Positions 54,721-64,000 of a stretch of DNA of 64,000 nucleotides are shown one piece after another. The position numbers and the translations under genes are program-made. Origin of the DNA: Histomonas meleagridis 2922-C6/04-290x (taxonomy: Eukaryota; Protista; Parabasalia); NCBI GenBank assembly GCA_020184695.1, contig JAANOX010000243.1:558001-622000 (forward strand). Reading direction: 5' to 3'. Position 1 is the stretch's first letter. Every line of letters begins with the position of its first letter. A model generated the notes under the pieces. The model saw nothing but the letters and a program-made list of their open reading frames with translations, searched no databases and was not told the origin of the DNA.

Positions 54721-54982
54721 ATTAATGTAAATCTTTTTAAACATGTGTTTCAATAAAATTTATTTTGACAATTTTAAATTTCATTGATCTTTTACCCCCA
54801 AATTTTCTTTTAACACCAACAACTCTTAGGAGCTAATAGATATTTATCATGGGGAAAGCTTTAAAGCTCTAAATCATGTTAAAGAATAATTCTTTCAATT
54901 AATTATTTGGAAAAAAGTAGGGAAAAGAAAGATAAACATGTTTGTGAAATATTAGTTTACAAATATGATGAGTTTAGCCATT

Positions 54983-55483
54983 TCATTCAGTTTTGAGATG
55001 CTTTTCGGAGCTAGCATCTTCGCTTGTTGTGCTCACTGAATTACTATCAGGTGTTGTGTTTGTAGTTGCAGCAAAAATGATGATTAAAATAATGGAAAAT
55101 ATGATGAAAATTCCATCAAAAACAATTGATATGTAATGAAGAATTGATTCATACGACCATACATAAGGTTGCCAGATAAGAAAATAAACCTCCATGAGAA
55201 TACATCCAACTGAAAAAATAATTCCAGCAATAACAAAAGGAATATTTTCTGATCGATTTCCGTACTTACCCAAAACAAGTTTAATTATATTTAAAAAGAA
55301 AAAAATAAAAGGTGCAACCATACTAAAATTTGCATGTGAAGCTGGAGCGTAATAAAAGTATAATTTTTTTGCCTGAATAACAATCATAAAAATTGTTACT
55401 ATTATATTCCATAAATGACAAAGAATAGTATAAAAGTAAAAGAATACATTGGATTTAATTTGGTGCCATGGTGGGAGTTGCAT
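54983..55483 (-). CDS. TMEM216/TMEM17-family ciliary transition-zone membrane protein
   Basis: Four TMs; IKLVLGKYGNRSE and YFLIWQPYVWSYE match the Transmemb_17 pattern (RL.FG..GN; YYL..QTYVL..E). ATG at 55483. Confidence 0.7.
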   Translation of the reverse strand: MQLPPWHQIKSNVFFYFYTILCHLWNIIVTIFMIVIQAKKLYFYYAPASHANFSMVAPFIFFFLNIIKLVLGKYGNRSENIPFVIAGIIFSVGCILMEVYFLIWQPYVWSYESILHYISIVFDGIFIIFSIILIIIFAATTNTTPDSNSVSTTSEDASSEKHLKTE

Positions 55484-55561
55484 TCCCAAAAGAATTTACA
55501 AAAACGTACGTTACTAAAAAAGACAAACCGTACAAAAGGGTAAAATTTTTCCCTTTGTTTA

Positions 55562-58039
55562 ATGGAACAGCTGGTCGAGGTCATCAACCAAGCAAATAAT
55601 CCAGATCAAGAGGTTCAAAGAAGAATTTATTCATACATTGAAGCACAAAATCAAAATCCAGAATTTGGTCCTTTTTTAATTCAAGTTTTATCATCAAATT
55701 TGAACAAAAGTCAGATGGGATTAATTTGTGGGTTTTTAAAAAATTGGACAATCTTAAATTGGAATAGCTTTCCAATAGAGTTTCGTTATAACATTTTTCA
55801 GCAATTAAAAAATATGATTTTTTCAAATCATCAGAATTCTATTGATATTTCTCATTTGTTCTCTGACATTACTAAGATTGAAAAGCATAATGTTCAAATC
55901 TATGAGCCAATTGTTTTTGAAGTGTTCCAACAAATTCCAAATCATCAATCTGTTGATCATCTTTTATCTCTTGTTAACGTATCTTACACCATTATTAAGA
56001 AATACAAAATTGTTCACCTAAACGAAGCATGTGATATATCACAACTCATTCAGAATGTCGTGAACATTGTTTTTCCACTTTTTTCCGCTTTTTCATTGCT
56101 TGAGACGGAAAGTGGCTGTGCGGTTTTCCGTTATTTACTTTCAATTTTCAAAATACTATTTTTCAGAGCAAAACCGTCACTTGATTTGATTACTGTTCCA
56201 TTGGGATTTGTTCAACAAATAATTCAAATGTTCATATCACAAGCACCCATTGCAGATGTACAGCTGTTAGGGTATTGTAATCGCTTTTTGAAACAAATCT
56301 TAAGTGAAGATGCATGTATCCAATTTTTAATTAATGAAATTCCAACTATAATTCAAATGTTAGCACAATATTTATCATTTTGTCTTCAAAACTATAATGA
56401 TAATACGTTTTTAATTGTGTATACAAACATTAGTTTTTTATATTTAAAGAAATATCTTCCATACACCAAAGAAATGCTTCATTTATTTTTAGAATCATCG
56501 AAACTTAACAAAACAGACATTGATAATTTCACCGAAAATCCATTACTTTTTTATCTTGAGCTTTATTCCAAGACTAAAACATTATCGCCACGTATTTCAT
56601 CGAAATCACTTGTTTCTAAATTCCTTAGAAAATCGCCTGAAATTTCATTATATTTATTATCATTACAACCCGAAGAAAACATTATGCGATGTATTGCATC
56701 ATCCATCGAAACGTATAATGAACAAAATTTACTTCCACAATTAATGGAATACATAAAAAGTTTAATAAACATTAATATGTCTCCGATTGATACTGTTTCT
56801 AAAATCGAATTAATTCGATCAATTGTACCATATTCAAGTACTGATGTTAATATGAATTTAATGAAGTTAATACCGAACTTAATGTCTACGCCATATATTG
56901 TTATCACTTTATTAGCTACTCGTTTATTATATTCATTAATGAAAAATGATATTTTCCCAAATGAAATAGCAATTCCACAACTTATTAATTTCCTCGAGTT
57001 TTGCCCAACAAATGATGCAACGAAAACATTTTCTCTTATGGTTAAGTTATTACCGGATACAGTATTACCGAATTCGGATATAGTTTTAATGTCTCTAGTT
57101 GATAAAATTAACAATGATATGCAAACTATTATCAATAATAATGAGCCTGATGAAATAGAAGAAAAACAAATCACAATACAAAATAATCTTAGACTTGCAT
57201 CGAATCTAATACGGAATGAATATTTAGTTAATGATTATATCATTGAATTAATTCGAATGTTTCTTAATCAAGAAGATGCAGATTTCGTTATTCATTGTAT
57301 ACCACTATGTACTTCTGTAGTTTTAACATGTTCTCATTACACAATGAAATTCTTTGATATTTGGATCCAAGCATTAAATAATAATACGAAATTGTTTGTT
57401 GATAATTTCGAAGAAGTATCGAAACCATTTTTTGCATTTATATCAAAGTTTCCAAATGTCTTTCTTCAAATTGGAATATCAAATAATATCATTCAGATAA
57501 TGATCAATTTGATTCCAAATGCACTTAAATCAAGTTCATTAAGAATATGTAATTTGATTTCATGGATTATTCAATTAAATGGTCCAATCGATGTTAAGAT
57601 AATTGTTAACTTCGCGTTGGAGTTATTAAAGACAAATGAATTAATATATAAATGTTCGGCACTTGAAATATTCGCTTCATTATATCTGACAAATAAAATA
57701 CAAATCGATCAAATGATAATACAACAAATGATAGAAGGAATGCCAATGATGGTGCAATCATATCAAAAGCATTTGTTCGCTTTGTTTTTCTTGAATTTGG
57801 CTTTGAATAATAAGGAATTCTTACAAATAGCAATGCAACTCGTAAATGGTGAAAGAGAAATACGCGAAATGGATAAAGATAAACTAAGTTTATACTTCGA
57901 CGAACTTAATCTCCCGAATGAATTTTCTTTGCTTTCGTTGCCAATAAAATATTTGTCGCCAATCGAAAAGATTTCTTTCGACACACTTCTGCACCAAATA
58001 TTTGGAGATCAACAAAATAATGGACAGATTTCGCTTTAA
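55562..58039 (+). CDS. Importin-beta family karyopherin (importin-7/8/Cse1-like)
   Basis: IBN_N-like start (INQANNPDQEVQRRIYSYIE...PEFGPFLIQVL; LKNWTILNW) followed by HEAT repeats; CCTTT (M5) at 55552. Confidence 0.7.
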   Translation: MEQLVEVINQANNPDQEVQRRIYSYIEAQNQNPEFGPFLIQVLSSNLNKSQMGLICGFLKNWTILNWNSFPIEFRYNIFQQLKNMIFSNHQNSIDISHLFSDITKIEKHNVQIYEPIVFEVFQQIPNHQSVDHLLSLVNVSYTIIKKYKIVHLNEACDISQLIQNVVNIVFPLFSAFSLLETESGCAVFRYLLSIFKILFFRAKPSLDLITVPLGFVQQIIQMFISQAPIADVQLLGYCNRFLKQILSEDACIQFLINEIPTIIQMLAQYLSFCLQNYNDNTFLIVYTNISFLYLKKYLPYTKEMLHLFLESSKLNKTDIDNFTENPLLFYLELYSKTKTLSPRISSKSLVSKFLRKSPEISLYLLSLQPEENIMRCIASSIETYNEQNLLPQLMEYIKSLININMSPIDTVSKIELIRSIVPYSSTDVNMNLMKLIPNLMSTPYIVITLLATRLLYSLMKNDIFPNEIAIPQLINFLEFCPTNDATKTFSLMVKLLPDTVLPNSDIVLMSLVDKINNDMQTIINNNEPDEIEEKQITIQNNLRLASNLIRNEYLVNDYIIELIRMFLNQEDADFVIHCIPLCTSVVLTCSHYTMKFFDIWIQALNNNTKLFVDNFEEVSKPFFAFISKFPNVFLQIGISNNIIQIMINLIPNALKSSSLRICNLISWIIQLNGPIDVKIIVNFALELLKTNELIYKCSALEIFASLYLTNKIQIDQMIIQQMIEGMPMMVQSYQKHLFALFFLNLALNNKEFLQIAMQLVNGEREIREMDKDKLSLYFDELNLPNEFSLLSLPIKYLSPIEKISFDTLLHQIFGDQQNNGQISL

Positions 58040-58815
58040 AGATACATCTTTGTTTGCTTTTGTGTCTATATAATATAATAAAATATCATTAATTATACTT
58101 TAAGATATGTTATCTATCTTCGAGATAGTGATTAATAAATTATAATTTATTTGTATGTTAAAAATGTTATCATTTCACTCTGAATTTGTATAAAATAGAT
58201 TCATTTTTACATGAAAAAGTATAACTATAAAACTATAAAATGCTTATAATTTTAAAGTGTTAAAGTTTTATAATTAATTAAGCATATACTCAACTGATTA
58301 TTATTTCAAATATATAATAATAATTTTCTGCATTTTTAAAATAGAAAAACAATTTACCAAACCATATATTCGCTCATTAGAACATTATATAATTCTTTGG
58401 TACCAAACATCTTTTCGCCGATATTTTGATGCTATTCCAATTTTATCCTTAAAAGCATTCAAGAATGCTGCCCTCCACGAGAAAGTACTATTTGCGATAA
58501 TGTTATTTTTACAACTTCACATTAACAGGAAATCGAAAATTGGATTTGAAGTTGAAGTACCTCAATGAATATGAATTTTCTGTCCATTTGTAGGAACTTC
58601 TTCGAGAATTCTAAGTCATCAGTAAACACAAAAAAAAAAAAATCGGATTTTTAATTGTTTCTTTCATATAATTTATCTCATCTCTGTGGTATTAAATTTG
58701 GAACAGACTGTTTAAGAGTTAAGGTGCCCCCTGTTTTTATATCATAACTTTTTGAGGGGAATATTGGTAGTTATAAAGAAAACAACCGTTAATTAAATTC
58801 GGTTGTATTCAGGCA

Positions 58816-59490
58816 ATGGAGGCTCTCGATGAAATTAATATCTTTATGGCTAAGGTCGCACAGGAGTGCGGCAAAAACGAAGAGTGTATCTCCTTCATGC
58901 GTGAAATAATTTATAAAGAACATAAGCTATCATACCATGAAAGAAATCTTCTAAATGCTGCTTATAAAGGAATTATTGGCCCACTACGAAATGCCCTTAC
59001 TTTACTTCAGGATGAATCCAATGAATATGATGTAAAATCAGAAACCATGGAAATTTCACAAAGCTTAATCCAAAAATGCGATGAAGCTGTAGCTTTATTC
59101 AGAGACCAATTACTTCCATATGCAAAAGAGCCTGAAATTCGGATTTTTTATGGAAAAATAATTGCAGATTTTTTAAGATATAAATGGGAAGGAACAACAG
59201 GAAGGGAGCAAGAGGAAGTTGCAGAGGAATGCAAAGATGCATATGACCAAGTTGTGGAGCTCACAAAAACTTCATTACCAGTTTATCATCCATTGCGACT
59301 TGAATTGTTCCTCAATTTTTCTGTTTTCACGTATGAAGTTTTAGGTGATCCGGTGGAAGCTCGTAATTTAGCCATAAGTGCTCGTTCTGATGCAGAATCT
59401 GGTCTTGATCAATTAAGTAATGAATCTAAAGAAGAAGCAATTCATGCAATGGAGCTCCTCCGTGAAAACATAGCACAATGGGAGCAATAA
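58816..59490 (+). CDS. Divergent 14-3-3 protein
   Basis: MAKVAQEC, LS..ERNLL..AYK.IIG..R, DFLRY, HPLRL.L.LNFSVF.YEVL, A..A.S.A...LD.L...S..E....MELLREN...W. Confidence 0.9.
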   Translation: MEALDEINIFMAKVAQECGKNEECISFMREIIYKEHKLSYHERNLLNAAYKGIIGPLRNALTLLQDESNEYDVKSETMEISQSLIQKCDEAVALFRDQLLPYAKEPEIRIFYGKIIADFLRYKWEGTTGREQEEVAEECKDAYDQVVELTKTSLPVYHPLRLELFLNFSVFTYEVLGDPVEARNLAISARSDAESGLDQLSNESKEEAIHAMELLRENIAQWEQ

Positions 59491-60235
59491 ATTTATACCA
59501 TTCTTTTTGTGCAATGAATATCCATGGTTATAAAAATAAATGATCTTTGTAAAGTCAAAACGTTGATAATTCAATTGAATAACATTTCAGAAGGTAAATT
59601 TGATGTAAACTTATAAAAAATTTGAATTGGAACTCAACTTCTTAGATTAAAACCAAGATAGGATTGCAAACATGAAATTATGCAATAATTTAACCATTTT
59701 TTTTAATTTAGGGAAAAATTTGAAATTTTGTTTGATTCAAAATGTTTTTTGAGTTTCAGACATGTTTTTAACTAAAATAAAAATCATGATTTTCTAACTG
59801 GATCAATGACTTACCGTATATTATTAGCTTATATGCAAAGTTGGGCTCTGATAAAATAAGAGAAAAAATTGTTTCACGTTTTGCTCAATCCCAAATTAAT
59901 GATACTTTATGGAATAGGAATATCCACTGATTCAGAAACTTCCAATGTTCACTACATTTATACAGGTGGTGTCTTCTACGATCAAAAATCACTCAATACA
60001 CTTTACATTAAATTGATTTGGGATTTATTTCAAATTTAAAATGGTGAAATAGAATCATTAAATGGTGAAATAGAATCATTACAATGTAATGTGTTGTTTT
60101 CCTACATCTTTTGGAAACTTAAAAATTTTTCTTCTTTATAAAGAAACCATTCAATAATTGTCACAACAAATTTTACAACGGATTCAACCTTAATTCGGGG
60201 TGCCCTGAGACATGTGAATTCATATTTTTCTCTGT

Positions 60236-61803
60236 ATGGGAGGAAATCAAAGTCACACAACAACTTACAAAGGAAACCTTCAAATATTACAAGATCTAGA
60301 AAAAATTATATTTGATTTAAATGAAAATAATATTGATCAATTAGTTGAATCTTCATTAAATTACATTTCTTTAGAATTTCAATATTCTTTTCTATATATC
60401 ATTTGTCGAATTATTTATTCATATTTTGTGTCACGTGGCTATGAAAAATTATGTTTCAAATATTTACAAACAATTGAGGCAAAATCAAGTTATAAGATTA
60501 TCAAAGTTTTCACACAATTATTATTATCAACTGATAGTCAAGAATCAAATTATCTTCTCGAAAAAATGATTGAAGACGAAAGCAAACAGAAGAACTTAAA
60601 GAGAATAATATTGAACTGCATAAGAAATTAATTAAGGAAGGACATAATCCGAATGAAATTCCGAAAATAATTCGAAAAGATGAAGTAGAAAAACTTCAAG
60701 AAATATCATCACAAACAAATTTTGATTTTAATCAAACAATTGCACCATCACTTTATGAAAGATGTTCATTTATAAATAAAAAAAATGTTACATTAATTGA
60801 TTATGCAGCATTTTTTTCTGCGATTAAATGTTTTAAATATTTACTTATGAATGGTTCAAAAGTAGAAAACGCAGGTAAATATGCAGTTGCAGGTGGAAAT
60901 GAAGAAATCATTCATTTATGTGAACAAAATCATTCGACATTTGATAAAGCATATGAAACAGCAATTGAACTTCATCGAAATGATATCTTTAGATATCTTT
61001 ATGAAAATAAATTAGAAAAAATTAATAAATTAGAAGAATTAGGGAAGAAATGTGTTTTGCATGACAATTATAATATTCTTTCATTTTTAGAAAAAGAAGG
61101 CATGCAATCTGATAAACTTATTCTTATTAAATCAATCAATAATGGGAAATTATTTATTTTCCAATATTTTCTAGATAAAAAATCAAAACCAATAAAATTT
61201 TCAGAGATTTCAACTTTTTCTGGTAATAAAGAACTGTTTAATTACCTTATTAAACATAAATATATTGACATAAAACAAAATGTTTGAAAAAATTGTTTGA
61301 ATTTTATTTTAATAATTTAATATTTCAAAATAATATTTGGAAATTATTCAAATTATTTCAAACAGCACTTATGAAAGCATCTTGGAATGGTCATACAGAA
61401 ATAGTTAAATTACTTCTTGAACAAGAAGGAATTGATATTAATGCTAAAGATATTTATTTGTTTTATTTAAAATTTATTTTAATAATTTTATATTTCAAAA
61501 TGATATTCTGGAATTATTCAAATTATTTCAAACAGCACTTATGTATGCATCTTGGAATGGTCATACAGAAATAGTTAAATTCCTTCTTGAACAAGAAGGA
61601 ATTGATATTAATGCTAAAGATATTTATTTGTTTTATTTAAAATTTATTTTAATAATTTTATATTTCAAAATAATATTTGGAAATTATTTAAATTAATTAA
61701 AACAGCACTTATTTGGGCATCTTTAAATGACCACACAGAAATAGTTGGTTTAATTAAAAAGAAACTTGAAATTAATAATTTTTATAAAGTACCTTTTAAA
61801 TAA
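60236..61803 (+). pseudogene. Ankyrin-repeat (DUF3447-type) gene, interrupted by a frameshifting deletion near 60580 and three 80-nt spacers in the ankyrin array; pseudogene or non-canonically spliced gene
   Basis: MGGNQS start; LIDYAAFFSAIKCFKYLL; YAVAGGNEEIIHLCEQ; TALMKASWNGHTEIVKLLLEQEGIDINAKD repeats; final stop at 61801-61803. Confidence 0.75.
61282..61740 (+). repeat. 170-nt tandem repeat (ankyrin-coding segment plus AT-rich spacer), about 2.7 copies
   Basis: aacagcactt recurs at 61361, 61531 and 61701. Confidence 0.95.
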
Positions 61804-61956
61804 CGTACATAAAGCATGAAATTGTAAGAAGAACTTAATTTTTTCATTAGGGAAAATAGTTCTTGAGAAGATTATTTTATATATCTCAAATATATTATTT
61901 TATTCATAAATTTCTCTTTGAGCAAATAAAATTTTTATAAATTATTTATTTATTCT

Positions 61957-64000
61957 TTATGTGATTAATCCTTGTGAAATCACAGTTGTAGTGTCCTGTT
62001 CATTCTTTTTCTTTTTTACTTTGACGAAACATATAATTACAATTATAGCAACAACTAAAGCAATGGAAATTCCAATGATTGAACCTTTACTTAATCCATT
62101 TTTTTTATATCCATAGATTATTTGAATTATATTTTTTAGACTTTCGTCCATAGTACAATTATAACCATTTTTATTTAAGAATTTAAATATAATATTTGTG
62201 TTATTTGGTAATATCAATTGTTCTTTTTCATTATTTTTAATATTTAAAGTAACATTTTTATCACGTTTAGTTTCAAATATTATATTCATTCCTTCTAGCA
62301 AATGAATTTTTCTTAATTTCTCCATTAGAATGTTCAAATTCAATGTAATTGCTACTAATTCTTATTATTGGAATTGGTTCTTTTTGCATCATTCATTAAA
62401 ACATTATTTGGTTGTATAAATGTTTCATTATATGATTCATAATCACAAATTAAGTTTTTCAACTAATAAATTATAATTATTTGATATAATGTTTACATTT
62501 ATAATATTTAAGTTTTGGAATTTTTATGTTTTCTTTTGTTTGTATTATTTCATCATCAAATTGAAGATCCAAATCTTTAATAGTTAAATCATAACCATTT
62601 GTATTAGTTAAAAATGGACCTTTTAACTTAATATTATGTTTTGTATCTTCTTTATTAAGTAATTCTAAATTAAATTTATTTGTTAAAAACATTGATGAAA
62701 TTTCAGCTGATTGATCAATATAAAATATTTTATCATTAACATAATTATGGATTCCATATAATGAATTCATTGATGAATAAACATTCGTAATATTACATAT
62801 GTCTTTAGAACAATTATTATCATTACATAAACAAAGTGGTCCATCCATTGGCATATTAGTTAAACATATGAAAAAATCATCAGCGACAGGGTAATTATTA
62901 GAAATCATTAAATAATGTTCTTGTTTAGAATTAACAACTAATTTTTTAGATACTATCAAAAAATCGAATGTTGGAACACTCATAGTAATTCTTGCTAATG
63001 AAGGAATATATTTATCATTTGAATCCATTTCCCAAATAAGTGAAAAAATATTATTCGGTTGATAACTATATATAGTAATTATTAAATTTTTCATATTCAT
63101 TTTTGTGGTGAAACTTTGAAATATTTAATTGCGTTTGCTGGAATATTTGATATTTGATATTGTGAATAAAATGGAATTTCTTGGAATTGGATATTACAAA
63201 ATTGTCCTGTAAATCCAGAATTACATTTTAATTTTCCATTTTCACATTTTCCATTTTCAGATGTTATACATTCATTTGTATTTATCATTTCAATAAATTT
63301 TGGATTTGTATCAATATCATTTTGTGCAAATGGACCAACTGCTGTTATTATATAAGGTACGTCTAAATTTTCTTTTATATCTATATTTGTGATTACATGA
63401 ATTTGATATTCTCCAATTTCTAATTGTGATTGATAGATTATAACTTTTTCATTTAATGTAAAATGTTCTGTGTTTTGTGTTCGATTATTTCCAACATAAA
63501 TTTTATTCGAAGGTGATATTACTATTAAATCTAAATCATAATAAATTGGAAGGAATGTGTCTGAACTAAGAGGAATATCATGTGAACATAATACAATTCG
63601 AAGTGATACATTTTGATTTGTAACTTTAATTTTTCCGATATGATGTGTTTGACCATTTATCATTTTTGTGACACTAGAAAACCTTAATCCAAAATTACTA
63701 TCATTAAATGGAATTACTGTTGATATATCAATTAATCCATGACCAATAAAACAATCAGGTGTAGAACTTAAATCACTTCGTGAAGCCGAAGCAATTAAAA
63801 TTGATTTCAATAAAAGTGAATTTACATTAATTTTTTCATCTAAATAATATCCATCTTCAAAATATTGTGAAATTAAAGTTGCTGCTCCAGCTGCAGAAGG
63901 TGTTGCAAACGATGTACCTGAATCTAGACACAAATGCTTTTTATATAATCTTCATCATTTGATCCATGATCTTTATCAACTGTTCGATTATTTAAAGCAG
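61957..64000 (-). pseudogene. Frameshifted subtilisin-like S8 peptidase with EGF-like segment and C-terminal TM (5-prime part outside window)
   Basis: SGTSFATPSAAG (catalytic Ser region), LLKSILIASA, GHGLID, DLDLIVISP, EKV; C..G..C..GFTGQFC; TM IIGISIALVVAIIVIICFV. Frameshifts near 63940, 63100 and several between 62500 and 62270. Confidence 0.8.

Noticed and set aside
58816-59490. 14-3-3 as a pseudo-binder
   Set aside because: The phosphopeptide-binding Lys, Arg and Arg-Tyr residues appear retained.
61282-61365. Canonical GT-AG splicing of ankyrin spacer 1 to the CAG in AAACAG
   Set aside because: Removes 84 nt and gives AAT-CAC-TTA-TGA (wrong frame, stop). AT-AC removal in spacers 2 and 3 (82 nt) is also out of frame, and there is no CTAAC branch point.
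61284-61574. ORF-track 96-aa protein reading through the spacers (IYLFYLKFILIILYF)
   Set aside because: The hydrophobic stretches are translation of T-rich spacer DNA flanking a single ankyrin repeat, not a credible TM protein.

Overview
AT-rich, gene-dense eukaryotic genomic DNA, almost certainly from a parabasalid (Trichomonas/Tritrichomonas/Histomonas-like; species not determinable). Support: near-absence of introns, one intron with GTATGT...CTAACACATAG ends, Inr/M3/M5-type promoter motifs, expanded Myb and ankyrin families. About 30 intact housekeeping or structural genes lie here, including a BEACH protein, a headless talin-like I/LWEQ protein, three karyopherin-like proteins, two 3R-Myb factors, a Rab, a Rim15/IRE-like kinase, RPL11, RPL23, GPI8, B9D1, a TMEM216-like protein and a 14-3-3, plus one tRNA-Phe(GAA). 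Two accessory zones (about 30.5-34.1 kb and 59.7-64 kb) hold decayed ankyrin-family genes, a frameshifted subtilisin and a bacterial-type TrpB2. Most unusual: three ankyrin repeats at 61.3-61.7 kb are each interrupted at the same codon position by an 80-nt spacer. Removing 68 nt would restore frame and a 34-aa repeat, yet the spacers lack the canonical splice signals used elsewhere in this window, so they are candidate non-canonical introns. Other highlights: probable gut-bacterial HGT genes (TrpB2, SnoaL-like) with host promoter motifs, a GH99 endomannosidase with a catalytic Glu replaced by Asn, a GPI8, an HP1-like protein with a degenerate aromatic cage, and a tRNA with a C15:A48 Levitt pair. 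All family calls are from motif recognition by eye; no database searches were run.
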